Source: Callorhinchus milii (taxonomy: Eukaryota). Taken from it: 64,000 nucleotides of DNA. Below the pieces are notes generated by a model, which saw only the letters and a list, made by a program, of their open reading frames with translations, was not told where the DNA came from and searched no databases. Made by a program: the position numbers and the translations under genes. The DNA lies in assembly GCF_018977255.1 (NCBI RefSeq), contig NW_024704743.1, positions 91,328,001 through 91,392,000 on the forward strand, written 5' to 3'. This document shows, piece after piece, positions 49,571-63,600 of the stretch. Positions within the stretch are counted from its first letter, which is position 1. The number at the start of each line of letters is the position of its first letter.

Positions 49571-50484
49571 GTGGAAGGCGATGATATAGGCTAAATAATA
49601 CAATCTTAAGGGGGGTAAAAGAACAGAGAGACCTGGGGTGCAAGTAAATGAATCCTTGAAGGTGGCAGGACAGGAAGATAAAGCTGTAAAAAGGGCATAT
49701 GGGATATTAGGCTTTATAAATAGGGGCATAGAGTACACGAGTCAGGAGGTTATGATTAACCTATATAAAGCAATGGTTAGGCCTCAGTTCTTACTGCGCC
49801 CAGTTCTGGGCACCACACTATAGGAAGGATGTTAAGGCATTGGAAAGGCTGCAGAGGAGACTTATGAGGATGGTACCAGGAATGAGGGACCTTGATTATG
49901 AGGAAAGGCGAGAGAGGCTGGGATTATTCTCATTGGAGCAGAGAAGGTTACGAGGAGACCTAATAGAGGTCTTCAAAATCATGAGGGGATTTGATAGGTT
50001 AGAAAGGTAAAAACTGTTTCCACTGGTGGGTGTGTCGGTGACTCGAGGTCACAGATTTAAAATAGTATCCAAAAGAAGCAGAGGGGAGGTGAGAAGAAAT
50101 TTTTTCACTCAGCGAGTTGTTCGAATCTGGAACGCATTGTCTGAAAGGGTGGTCGAGGCCGATTTGATAACAACTTTTAAAAACGTGGTGGACGGGTATT
50201 TGGAGAGGATGGGTTTGCAGGATTATGGGTAAAGGGCTGGGGAGTGGGATTGACATTACATTGCTCTTTTCAAAGAGCCGGCACAGACTCGATGGGCCGA
50301 ATGCCCTCTTTTTGTGCTGTACGATTCTATGATTCTATGATAATGCAGGGATGGTTTATTTTTAATTTTTCTGCTTTGCCTGAGGTTACCAAAATGATGC
50401 TAAATATACTACTCTTGTGATTAAAATAGATAAAATAAAATAACCTGTAATAGTTTTTATATTTTTCTTTACTTCTGACCTCAA

Positions 50485-50860
50485 TTACAATACAATTTAC
50501 ATTTATATAGTGCCTTTCACGTCAGGAGGACGTCACAAAGTGCTTGACATTGCTGGCTGGGCACCCAAGCTGGGGATGGGAAAGGAAAAATGACCGAAAG
50601 CACGGTCAATGAGATGAATCGTGAAACTGGGCTTGAACGAGGGGAGAGAGAGGTGAATTGGAGAAACTCTGAGATGATGATCCAGAGAGCGGGGGTAGAT
50701 TGGCTGAAAGCTTGCCTGGCTTTTTTGAATTGGACAAGGCAGGGTCACGAATCAGGCGAATGTTCTCTGAGTGACGGGAGTGTCCGTGTCATAAAGGTTG
50801 AAGGCTGTCGCAGTGGTGGGGTGGGAATAGGGCGAGATCGTGGAGGGATTTGAAGGTGAG
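50485..50860 (-). mobile_element. Degenerate L2 3' fragment
   Basis: Conserved GCCTTTCACGTCAGGAGGACGTC tail and a DRAFGH remnant. Confidence 0.65.
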
Positions 50861-53107
50861 ATTACTGCATTTACAGTACAAGATCATAAAATTGGTTTGG
50901 GTGAAGAAGGCCCTTTGACCCATTTGATCTCATTCTTCCAGAATACCCATCCTAAGGAGGAGGTAATTTGACCAATTGAGTGTATTGAGATGCTCAGTTA
51001 CAGTAGAAGTGTTTGCTCCAACCCATTCGACTACACTTTTCCCCTAACCCTTTAATAGATTTCTTCCTCAAGTATTTAACCAATTCCCTTTTAAATGCTG
51101 CAATGAAATCAGCTTCAACAGCTATGCTTGATAAAGGACGTCTTCTAATCTCTCCAGCACGGTGTGCTATGAATTCGTTCAAGCCTGAGCTAGAAAGCAT
51201 TTAATGGGCTTAAAATAAGATGGTTTAACTAATACTTGTAATACTTTTTTACTCCTAACTTAAGACCTGCGCATTTTAATTTCCTTTGTTAACCTCTTTC
51301 TAAATGTGTCATAATGTACTCTAACATGATCGTTTCACCATATGTAACACATCGTAAATCCCAAAGAGTCATTGAACTTATATAAATTTAATGCAAATTA
51401 TAAATATCATCACCTATATTCAGTCCATAAAAAATGTTACATTTTGAAATGGAGGGAGCGCAATTTGTTTTACTGCTTCACAAAGTTCAGGTACTTCTCT
51501 TCTGGGTAGAAAGATTGATTTACAAAACCTGATAGACATATTTGCCCATTTTCACTGTACTCCTGAACGCAAACAAACTACAGGAAAAAAAACTACAACA
51601 AATGTCGTGATCTGTCTTTGCTGCAGTGCACACTGCTCAACTATTGGTTAAAGGTTTTGCCAATTGAAATATGTCCCGTTTTCTTCATGCAGACAAGGGA
51701 CTATAGAAGGGAACCAAATCCTACTAAAAAAAGCTGATTGTCTGATTGAATTGACATTATTTTTCCTTGAGGGGAAGGGAGTGAGAGATCAGTAAAATGG
51801 CATTTAGCAGAAATTGGCTTCATGCTCTACAGCATCCAATACATTAAGCTGTCACACTACTAAAAGCTCCATTACACCAGATCTATGGTTTGCTGGTAAC
51901 CAGCTGGCTGGGAAATCTAGAAATAATGTTTCAGTGTCATTGGGCAAGGTTCCGGGTTACATATTATTCTCCTCCGTACAGCAACTAACTTTTAGATAAT
52001 GGTCTGCGTCAATATGAAACTCATAATTCCAATAGAAAATTAAATTGCGATACAGCTGTTTAACCTCACATTTCATCATTGGTGCAAATGGGAGAAAATC
52101 CCCTTAAAGATTAATTTAATGAGAGCATCAAAATGACGATCATTAATCCATTTGAAGACAAAACACTGCAAAGTGTTAGAATTTGTGTTAATGCCCATAA
52201 GAATAAAATGCCCATGAAAGTATTGCTTTGAATGCTTTTATTTAAAGACAAATAGCATTCGTGGAGGAAGCTTGGTGCAGTTGCTGAGCATAACTGAGTC
52301 TGGGGGTGGGTAAAGGGTGTGAGATAGCAACACAGTAGAAATGGCAAGATTACTGAGATCCTGGATTAATGACAATCTCCATTGATGTTAATTCAACATT
52401 GTTTGGTTTCCCCCACAGTGATTCACTGCATTTAAGCAGCAGAAATAGACAGGCACAAAGGAAGACATTAAAGAGAGCAAGAGAGGAACTTTCATTTTAT
52501 AGTGTATTATCAGATTCAAGCAGTTCACAGGCAATTACTGTGGAGTGTAATGGCTGGTTTTGAAGGCAAACACCACAAATAAAAATAAAACTGATGAGAT
52601 GACGTTTCCTCATCCTGGCCCTTAATTATAATACCTATTCTGCCGCCCCCCCCACCCCCGCACACACACTGGCTGATATTGCTAACTCAGCATAGACAAG
52701 CAAATGAACCTGTGACTTTCCTTGTCTGAATGACTCATTGCCTTATAACACAATTCCCTGGGCTATCGAGATAAGACTATTATTAAACAGTTATTTTTTA
52801 TACAAAGAGTGCAAATACCGACTACAATTATAATGTACTGTACCACTGCCCAGATTGATGTGTGCACGTTTATAGTTAGAGTGATCAGATAATTAAATGC
52901 TACAAGATACTGATCCAGAGAGACTTCTCTACAAGTCACAGTAAACAGTAAAAAAGGAAGAACAAGACTAAATAACGAGATTTTATATCAAAACAAACGC
53001 TTAACTCTTGAGCTTTCATTGAAAATTTATCAATTTTATGTCCTTTTATAGTGGACATTTCAGTAAGTGTGTTCTTATTGTAGAAATGACCATTGATGAC
53101 CATTGAC

Positions 53108-53404
53108 CATCTCAGTGGTTAGAGTACTCGCCTGGCAAGCGAGAGACTTGGGTTCGATTCCTGGCAGGGCGAAACCTTGTGCAAGTTTCCTTACTCATAC
53201 GCCCAATAAAATCACTCAAGAAAAAATAATAAATTGGTCACTTCAATCCACGACTCTTTGTGGGACACTGATGTGTGCAATTGGCTGCCACTTTTCGTCC
53301 ACAAAATATACGATCAATTCACTTTACAGTATATTCTGTGAAGTGCTTTGAGATGTCTCGAAGACGTGAAAAGCGCTATATCAAATGCAAGGATTATTAT
53401 TATT
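53108..53404 (+). mobile_element. tRNA-derived SINE
   Basis: Consensus head, body and tail. Confidence 0.88.
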
Positions 53405-53784
53405 GATGGATCATGGGGCCTAGTTTGCTGGTATGAGATTGCAAGGGTCGAAATCATGGTACTCAAGTGTTGAAAGATTTAAAACAGTTTTTTTTCACTC
53501 TGGTTCAGTTGTGCTCAGATATTCTGAGAGTGATGCATATCTTCAGTACAAGTATCCAGCTCGTGGGAAGTGGTACATCCAGTCACAGCCTGATACAGAA
53601 AAGGGTCTCTGACAGTCAGATGAGGATCTAAACAAGGCACCCAGCAACAATACCAGAGGGAGGAGTTTCTCAAGGCTGGAGCATAGAGTGATATGCAGTA
53701 CCCAGATTTTGTTTTTAGATATGCATTTTTCTTGCTGTGGTTTAGTGAAAAAAAGAGGATACGTCTCTTAGAATCCCTTCACCT

Positions 53785-54100
53785 CCTAGAGGCTCCCTAC
53801 CTCGCTGATCTTCTCCTCTGCCACTATGCTGCTTGTACTCTGCTGCTCCGCTAATTTGGACCTGTTGAGCATCCATAGGGCTGAGCATTCAGCTGCTATG
53901 CTGCTTCCCTCCAGAACTCCCTGTTTTGCCCTCTCTAACTGCATTGAAATCCTACCCATAAAACCCAACTCTTTGACTACACCTATGGTCACCTCCCCCT
54001 TTTAGCCTCTCCTGCGCTCGGTATCCAACTCCATTATTGTGAAGAGCTGTGAAATGTTATCTGACGTGAAGGGTGCTATATAATCACCAGCTATTGTTGC
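53785..54100 (+). mobile_element. Degenerate L2 3' fragment
   Basis: Contains CCCTACCTCGCTGATCTTCTC through to a GACGTGAAGGGTGCTATAT tail. Confidence 0.6.
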
Positions 54101-54808
54101 TTTATATTGCAGAATGTTTGAAACAATTAAGGAAATGGGTCAACTGGTAAAGTTAAAAGCATTGCTATGAATGCCTGTGGAAAGTAAGAAAAGGAATTGG
54201 GAGATCACTCAATGGAGTAATACAAGTTGTAAAAGAGTTCACAAAGACAGAATCCAGTATGTAACCAATGTGTCTCTCCCCCTCCCCCCGCCCTCACCCA
54301 CTGAATCACTCAGACTCCAATCTCATTGCTCACTTCAATAAAATTGGATTGCGGTCAAAGGTGCTCTTAGAGCCCGGCAGGAGGACAGTGTTTAAGTGGA
54401 GGAATTAAGGGAAGGGGTTCCAGATGTTGGGGATTTAGGGGATGAAAGCTTGGCCATTGATAATAGTGTGGGGAAGTGCAGCAGTACCCGATTTGCTGAA
54501 CGGAGGCAGTGAGCGGAGGAATGATACTGGAGACGAAAATAGACGTAAGGGGTACTTGAAGACGGTGCTTGAAGGGATTTGTAGGTGAGGGGATGATCTT
54601 AATATTGATTCACTGGGAGACAGTGAGACAGGGATGATGAACATATGACATCTCATATGGGTAAGTGAGAAAAATCACGACATGTAGCGCTCGTGCAGTC
54701 GTTTCAAGCCAGTGATTTGATTTGAGGATCCTCACTCTCACTTTCAAATCACTTCATGCCCTGGTATCTTTCTACCTCTCTGATCTGCTCACACCGTACT
54801 CCACTCCA

Positions 54809-55452
54809 GGCTCCTGTAGCTCAGTGGTTAGAGCACTCGCTTTGCAAGCGAGAGACCTGAGTTCAATTTAATCCTAATCCTTGCATTTGATATAGCGCTT
54901 TTCACGTCGGGAGGACGTCCCAAAGCGCTTCACAGAACACACTGTAAAGTGAATTGACTGTATATTTGTGGGCGAACGCGGCAGCCAATTGCGCACAGCA
55001 ATGTCCCACAAACAGTCGTAGATTGAACATGACCAATTTAATTATTGTTTTTAGTTTTGGAGGGATTATTATTAGGCGTGTGGAGTAAGGAAACTTGCCC
55101 AAGGTTTCGCCCTGCCTGGAATTGAACTCAGGTCTCTCACTTGCAAAGCGAGTGCTCTAACCACTGAGCTACAGGACTCCACTTCCAATTCCAGGCAGGG
55201 CGAAACCTTGGGCAAGTTTCCTTACTCCACACGCCTAATAATAATCCCTCCAAAAAAACAAAACAATAATAAATTGGTCATTTTCAATCTACGACTGTTT
55301 GTGGGACATTGCTGTGCGCAATTGGCTGCCGCGTTCGCCCACAAATATACAGTCAATTCACTTTACAGTGTGTTCTGTGAAGCGCTTTGGGACGTCCTCC
55401 CGACGTGAAAAACGCTATATCAAATGCAAGGATTATTATTATTATTATTATT
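54809..55452. mobile_element. SINE (+) interrupted by a complete inverted SINE (-, 54869-55180), both inside an L2 remnant
   Basis: The + copy has its head at 54809-54868 and its remainder at 55186-55452; CAATT is duplicated at the two junctions. Confidence 0.9.
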
Positions 55453-56389
55453 GTCCCCCTCTGCACCACAACTGGCTTTCAGTCACTATGCCCAAATCCC
55501 TGGAACTCCTTACCCGAATCCCTCTGTCTTGTGTCCTCTTTGCCCGTCATCACGTTATACCTGAAGACTTTTCTCACCATGCTTTCGGTTAACCTCCCCT
55601 CTAGTTCTAGCTCAGTGTCAAACCATGTTATGGTTTTGTGTTCCGAGACGGTGCCTTCGTGAAAGGCACTCTATAAATGTAAGTTGTTCTTGTTGTTGAA
55701 TCGAGAGCTGGTTGGTCTAGAGGGTCGCACCTGTCCTCTTTTCAGAGTCATACAAGTTGCATTTCTACAGCGTCTTTCACATAGAGTAATATCTTGGGAG
55801 TTTCACAGAGAGTGCCGAACACCGTCTCTGTAAGTATGATTATTATGAAATGAGTGGAATGTATTAAGTAGCTCCTGTGATTATAACTGTGACCGGTTGC
55901 TGAACCGTTTCTGCCGTTTACAGATATAAATGTGCCAACTTTAGTCAAGCAGAAGAGAGAGATCCTTTTAGATTTTTAAGGGAATAATCATGGCGTCTCT
56001 AAAGTGGCAATTCTATAATCAAGGCATTCTTTTCTTAGTTCCCTGCAAGAAGAGAAATCTTCTCCTTTGAAGACCTTGTTGTTTCATATCTACAATATTA
56101 CAGCAGTTTTATTGTTGCCAATTATGTACATACACTTTTTTGGACAGAATATCTCATTTCCTGTCAGCAGGCTAACAAAAAATCATTTTGCATATTAATG
56201 CACAGAGGCATTGATAAATCATCCTATTAGGGCTGCAAGATACAAATAGTTGTACATTTGAATGGTTCAGTAATTATAATGGTTGAAGCTCTAAAGGCAA
56301 AATATCACAATTTTCCTCACTGCTTGCACACATGAAGGTGCATAATTAAATGGAAATGTTCCCACCGATCGTCTAAAATCTTTATTTGC

Positions 56390-57633
56390 ATCACTGATAA
56401 AAGTAATTATACACAGGTAAAGTTTGCGATGTTTAAAGTATTCCTTTTTGTTATTTTATGCGATGCAAATGACCAGTAGGTGACAGTGCACCGTTCTAGT
56501 AAGTGACCTCTTCACAAGATCACAAGATTGGTCTGGATGAAGAAGGCCCTTCAGCCCTTCCAATCTCATTCCACCAGAACACTCACCCTACCATTCCCCC
56601 ATCGCTGCATCAAGCTGCTTTTTGAATGAGTCCAGTGTCTTGGCCTCTACTACCTTTCCTGGCAATCTGTTCTAGTCATTGATTTACCTACCACTGAGTC
56701 AAGAAAAACTGCATGGAATCTGTTGTAGAATTGCTCTTTACAACTCTAAACCTATCTCCTCTTGTTCTATTGTCTGGTTATATCCTAACGTTTTTCGATG
56801 CCATTTAAAATTTTATACACCTCTTAGCCTTCTCTCATGATTGAATGACCCAAGCGTGTCCAATTGTTGCTCATAGCTCACTCCTCTAATCACCCTGTAC
56901 TGCCTCTAGGCAGATAAAACCAGATAACCTCGAGATGAAAATAAGTGAGCTCCATACTGACCTTGAGACAAATATATATAATCTGCAGAGGAAATAGAGG
57001 CACTTAAGAGAAATGAGAAAATGAACTTAATTCTAATTGAAGTGACCCAACAAGTGTGAGATCTGGACAGATAGCCAAGTTTCCAATGGACAGTCACTAT
57101 ATGGAAACAATTCTAAGTGCTGAAACAGGGCCCTCTAGCACTTCCTGAGAACTAATTCTATGACACATTAGTGTTTCCAGATGTGCAGCAGAAATAAACT
57201 ACTGAAATAGAGAGTTATTCTTCACTTGTTGGTAAACCCACTGAATTTGGCAGATGCACTTATAATTGGAAATGCCAACAGAAATGTACACAGTAAAGGT
57301 TGGAGTGGAGAATAATAATCACACACAACCAAGTTTGCTTGTATTAGACTTTTATTTCAGAATCCAGTTGTAACAGTGCTGAGGGATTGTGTGAATCTGA
57401 GTTTATTTTTAGTTCCAAAGAACAGGATAGAAAACTAAAGACAGCCATGTGATATTTTCAATGCTTTGTGACGTATGAAATCTGTATTTGCAACACTGGT
57501 AAAAGTAATTAAACACCGTAAAGTTTGCAATGCTTAAAGCATTCCTTTTGTTATTTTAGGTCGTGTAAATGACCACTAGGTGACAGTGCACCCTTCTTGG
57601 AAAGTGGACTCTTCACAAGATCATAAGATTGGT
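56390..57633 (+). repeat. Diverged direct duplication of about 140 bp (56390-56533 and 57493-57633)
   Basis: Both read AAAAGTAATTA.ACAC.GTAAAGTTTGC.ATG.TTAAAG.ATTCCTTTT...AAATGACCA.TAGGTGACAGTGCACC...CTCTTCACAAGATCA.AAGATTGGTC. Confidence 0.85.
56516..56900 (-). mobile_element. Old CR1-type 3' fragment
   Basis: Same family as the copies at 7842 and 25573. Confidence 0.7.
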
Positions 57634-60600
57634 CAATAGCTCGGAGGTGCTTTGAATCTTGCAGTAAACTGGAGTTGCACAAGACAAGGTAAGGGAGATG
57701 GACAACAACCTCTTCCAGAGAGCTGAAGCTCTCATGCATATAGTGTGACTGACATGTCAGACTATCCTCTAAATTGATAAATAGGAGATTTTTTTGCTTA
57801 AAGATGCTGACTCTCAACAGCGGAAAACATTCAACATGCAGAAGTTTGATAAAGCACTTAGTGTAACTGTGGAGTGCAAAGTTCTCCAGGCAACCAATTG
57901 TCAAGGCACTATCCAGATAGTATAGGCCATCCAATGTCTACAATTACCCAGAGAGCCATTGAAAATGGCCTTTTGAAAGGCACTGAGCCTTTTAGAAGCA
58001 TTTGAATAATCAATCGAAAATGTCATTAATCTTTCCAGAAGTATGGCACTTTTGATTTTGGGGTAGTTGGGATTCTGAAATCATACTTGGTGGAATTTCA
58101 CATCATGTACTGGATCCAGATCACTAAGCTGTGTAATAAAAAAAATGCTGTTTTGCAGAAAACTCAATGATTCTTTTTATAACTAAGTCCAATATTGTTA
58201 TTGTTCAGCATATTTTGCAGCCCTACAGGGACTTCGTCCATACAGAGCAAGCTCAAAACGCATTACTTTCCCTGATATCCACTAAAGTAATACTTCACAA
58301 TATTGAAAGAAAATGACAAGGATTAAAACTGTAGTGCATAGCATTATAATAAAACATCATTGTATTGTTCTTTCATTGTGTGAGACGCTGTTTATCTCCA
58401 TTTGAGGAAAAGAGATGTAATATAAAATCTATAAAAAGCAAAAAGCAAACGTTCTCAGTATTTTTCCAGTTTATATTTCTGCTCACACCATTTCTATTAC
58501 ATGCAATCAAGCTTTTTTTTGACATACAACCACTGAAACGTACAGCACAGAAGAAGTCAATTCAGCCTATAGTTCCCGTGTTTTCTGTCTGAAAGAGTTC
58601 GTTGTTTAATCCCATTCTACTGCCTTTTCCCCATACACTTTTACAATTCTTCTCTACAGATTTATATATAATTCCCTCTTAAAGCTAATATAGATTCTGC
58701 TTCAAGCACAGGTACAGGCTGGACATTCCACTTTCTAACAACCCTCTGTTAAAACAATCTCTCATGATCATTCCCTTTTTCCCTTTGGTAATTAACTTAT
58801 ATTAATGCCCTCCAGTTACTGACTCACTAGTCAGTGGAAATAATCTCTCCCTGTTTACTTTATGAAAACCTCATAATGTTAAAAAACCTCTCTCCTGAGC
58901 TGGATGTCGGTGACAGATTGTCTACTTTATTCCAGTGAAACACATCACCTGGTAGCAAAGCAGAAAAACTCATCTAAATGAGTGAGTGAATGATATAGAA
59001 AATAATACATGTTTTCACAAGAAGGGTAGAGTCTGGCGGTTATTTTATATGATTGCTACATAAGTGGTCTCTTCCCAATGCCTTTCGAATGGGAAATCAG
59101 GTTAATTTAGATCCCCCTCACCCCATCCGCCCCCCGAATACAATTTGTATTATATTTTTCTATATTCAGCACTCCTTTAGACAACTCCTAGCCCTCAAAA
59201 AACTGTGTTCAAAGGTCAATTTATCTTGTTAAAACCATGAATAGAAGTTGTTGTTGTTGAAGAAGGAACATTTGTGCATATTGTGGAGCAAAAAATGAAA
59301 ATTAAATGATTTAATGCCTGTGATCCACAGCTGCAGATCCCATGAAACACACGGGTGATGAGAACTGGAGTTAGTGGATATCCTGAATAGGGGAAAAAAG
59401 TACAATCGCAGGGACAGAAATCAGTAGTACAGCAAAGTTTTGTACTCGAGCATCAGAAGACTGGTGTTGGCTGGTATAATGCTGTAAAGGATCCGGGGCC
59501 CAGGAGTGAATCAGGAAATTATAGTCCATTTAATTTTGCTATGTTCATACAGTCTCAAAGGATATCACAAAAGAGCTCTCTGTGAAATCATTTAATGAAG
59601 GAGTATTTGAAGGAATGTACAGGTGGCTGCCCACCACCTACACTTGAGCAACTGCCCATAGTGGAATGGAAGCTGGCAGGTGTCAGTCTCATTCCCAGCA
59701 GTTTCAGCAAGTTATACGGTGCAAATGATAACTATTAGGCAGCTGTGGATACATCTCACAGAAAAGGTATTTTACATGTATTTAGCTTCTGTTTTGTAGT
59801 TCATACCTGTTGCTTTGAATTTGTATAACTGAGCTCCAATTAATGAATGACATGTTGCAAGATATCTTCCTTTATTAACTTATGCATTGTTACTGGTATA
59901 TGTGTTTAGTGGGTTTTCCTCCTGCATTTGTCCCTCGTGTGTTATGCACTTCTCTTTGCTAGTTGTGTACATCTTCTGCTAGGGGGAAGGAGCAACACTG
60001 GTGTCAGCTTCATGCAATTGGCAACACGTTTGCCTCTAGGCCAGGAGGTTGTGGATTCAAATTGCTTCTCTGAGATCTGTTGAAAGGTGCGTTGGTTGGG
60101 TGAGAAATGTTCCGTTTTGTGAAGCAAACCTGAATTGCTTGTAAAACATTCCATTTTTCTACTATTGGTTAATTCTTTTACTCACTACTTTTTAACATCT
60201 GTATGCACAATGCAATATAAAATTACATTTGTATAGCGCCTTTCACTTCGGGAGGACATCCCAAGGCGCTGGACAGTCAGGGATTTGGAAGATTTATAAG
60301 ATTCATAACAGATAATATAGATACATTCAAAAGGAAGGTGGACTTCACATAAGGGAGAGGGGAATAGAAGGGTATGTGAGGGAGTAAGGAATAGGTAGTG
60401 ATGTGTGGAGTATAAACACCAGCACGGACTGGTTGGGCCCAGTGCTCTGTTTTCGTGCTGTACATTCTTTGTAAATATATCCTTGAGAATTAAAGGCTTA
60501 TTCTTCAAATGGAAAAGGAGCTGGTGTGATTGTTGATACATTTCCATCCTTTTTTGGTGGAGACTGAAGAGGGATTTCATGATGCTTTATTCTCGGCGTG

Positions 60601-63600
60601 ATTGGTCTGAGCTTGATCGTTTGCACCTATGCAATCAGTCATGCTGCAGAATAAGCTCAGCGGGAGCAAAGCAGAGTGTAGCTAAGATTTCTAGCAACTG
60701 AGAGGGAGAGAGACGGTTGAGGGTATTGAATAAAGATAAGCCAAGCGATCGTTAAATTGGTGACACCATGGTTGAATAACTTGCCATCATTTTCTTATAT
60801 TGTCTGGATGGAGGCAAGCGACTCATTAACAAAGACCACTTGCCTACCAGCCTCCACGTGAAAGCAGGCCCATGTAGAGCCTCATCGTCTGAGTACAGTC
60901 TGCTAGCGCTTTGACTTGTGTCATCTAGACTTTCATCTCCATCCAGTGCACCCCTTCCTCATTAATGCTCAGTGGCTCAACTAATGTTTTCATTCCAAAC
61001 ACTCGACTGGTTTCTTGTTCTGTGAAGAAAGCAGACATTACACTATCAGCACAAATGTATATACGTCCATTTGGGTTCTGTTCTATTATCTCGATATAAT
61101 TTCAGCATTCTTATCATATGTACAGTGACGTGCTTGTGCACGATAACATTGTATGGATATATCCTTGAGCATGACATAATACCTTATTTGAATAATGTGT
61201 TCCATTTTTCAGTGTTCAGAAGGCTCCAAGCTTTCTTCTCTTCCTCCAGGGTAACAACATCATTGCTGTCTGGTTGGTGCAAATTGCTACAGCAAGCTCA
61301 CAAGCTGTTATCTTGTTCGTAGCTTTCTGTGCCCTTCACTTGTATGGCAATGCTTGACATTTGGCAATGCTGGGAATGCTTGAAATTTCATTAATGTTCT
61401 TTAAAATGTTAATTAAACAGGCTGTAACCTGTCAGCTACGATCATCTAAACAACAGATTAATACAATGTTCATGATATAAACACAACTCACTTTGTAGAC
61501 TAACACAATGGGGGGTCTAAAAAGCTGCAATTTCTAATAGGATTTGCTAAATAAAATAAGAATCCTTGCTTTTGATATAGCGATGTCTCAAAGTGCTTCA
61601 CAGGATATTCTGTAAAGTGTAGTGACTGTATTTTTATAGGTGAATATAGATGTCATATTGCAAATAGGATCTCTTCCCAGTAACCTTTCCCCTAACATCT
61701 TTCCGTTGGACGTCTGATCCAGAAGTAGACGAGGTGCAGCAGGATCCTTCTTAAGAAAACCCATTTAGACACCTGTAAAAACATTCTAAACCACATCAAA
61801 GTAGTTTGGTTCTGGCACCATCTCAACTGTAGTAAAACCAAACTTCAAATAAATGACATGTATCCCAACATTTTATCGAATTAGCTTCCTTCAGCAAAGT
61901 AATGTGCAACATATGGTATAAGCAGAAGACATCATGAAGACCCAAGGGATACAATTTACATTCTATTTGTGCAGAACTGAACAAATTTGCTCTGCGACTA
62001 TTGTGGCTCAGATGACCTATTCCTGGGATATACATTTGGTAAAGGTGTAATATATCCCAATGCAATGATTATTATTATTATTGTCATAAATGATAACCCA
62101 TAGATTACCATAATTTAAAAAAACTGTTTAAGCAAATTGTACTGATAAGCCATAGGTGTTGCTGAACCACGATAGATGTTTGCATTGGATTTTGAAATGA
62201 TCAGTAATTTGTTCATGATGAACACATCTCCATAGACTGCTGGTTCCCCAACATGTAGCCTCTTTATAATTCATCTTGTCATCCATTAGTCTATGTATAT
62301 ATTCCTGTTGCTACGCTTTCAATTGGGATTCTCATTAGCAAGTTCATCTATCATTCAAATGTCCAGAACAGAAGTTACTGTCAAGACATCAAGCTGTGTG
62401 TAATGGTAATATAACGAATGATAGCTCTAAATAACCCATATTCTGTATACTGTATCAGGAAGAAAAGTGCAGAGACACAGGCATCAGAACTTTCAACAAA
62501 TGGTAGCGTGGGAAGCAATCTCAGACTACTGATAGATTATTAGTTTCCCTAATATTTGATGAAACTCTGAGAGCTGTCATTAGAAGGAAGTACTTTTTCC
62601 CGATTAGATAACCATTAACGCTGTTCTAAATCAAGTCTGTTGATTCGAGTTTTTTTCCGTTCTGTTAACTGGGGCCGGGAGCATACATTATTCTGTGACC
62701 TGTAAGTACACTGCATTTGTAAATGTCAGATCTGTTGCTGTTAATGACAGTCTCAGCTTGCACATGTTCCAATAGGTTACACCAATATTAATCATGTGAA
62801 CATTACCTCTTACCCTTCCATTTATCTTCAAGCTGTGAAAGGTTGTTGGATATTCACCTTCACACATCGTAACAAGCCACCCATCCAGTCTGATACCACC
62901 TGCTCACCTGTCACATACTCATTCACATGTGTTTTTTGTAATTTTATTTAAAGCTATAAAGAAAGCTAAGCAAAGCCCTTTAAACACACACAAAGTAAAT
63001 AACCTATGTTGGCAAAAACAACTTGAGGACTTTGATCATTTTATGAAAATAATTCTTGCAATTCTTGAAAATGGACACTTCAAGGAATAAATAGGAAGCA
63101 GTGGATGAATGCCTTCCTTTTGCTGTTTAAATTGGAAAGTTAAGAAGATTCAATCTCAAAGGCATTCAACGCATCAACTACAATCTTAGCTCCTATCTCA
63201 CCGCTTGTGCATGACATCCCACATGACACTACTTTAAAAGTTGAGTTGCGCTGATATTACCTGAAACAGCACTCAATGCTGGGATCTGCTCGGAGGTAGC
63301 CTCTAGCCCTGGCTGGCTCAATCCCTGTATTTTTTGTCCACAAAAAATACACAGTCACTCCACCTGGCTGACCAAAACCATGCAGTCACTCCACTCCAAT
63401 GGGTTGAGGTGAAGTCTTTGTGAGTCCAGTCTGATTGATGGGGTAGCTATGAATGTTGCCTATGAACATGAGGAGAGCTGCTGAGGTCAGGATTGGCTGA
63501 GGTCAGGGGTATTCTCTGGTAAAATAACAGTAAGCGATGGGGAGGAGAATGGCACACACAGGTGAGAAGGGGGGTGGGTGGGTGTGGTAAGAGGAGTGTG

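Larger units (their letters stand above)
47539..50340 (+). mobile_element. CR1-clade LINE 3' half (same family as 34360-36236), interrupted by two L2 fragments
   Basis: Encodes SQHGFVKGKSCLTNLIEFF, YMDFQKAFDKVPH, a GVP.GSVLG-like motif, ADDTKLG and TRGHRFKI...FFTQRVVRIWNAL; same ATTCTATG tail. Confidence 0.92.

Noticed and set aside
3350..55662. Recurrent short ORFs such as MGKFPYSTRLIIIPP..., MWEIAVSNWLP... and ...[13 protein letters not shown]
   Set aside because: These are incidental translations of the young SINE consensus.
57551..57934. 127-aa minus-strand ORF
   Set aside because: No motif recognised, and its 3' part runs through the non-coding duplicated unit and LINE tail, so it is likely chance.
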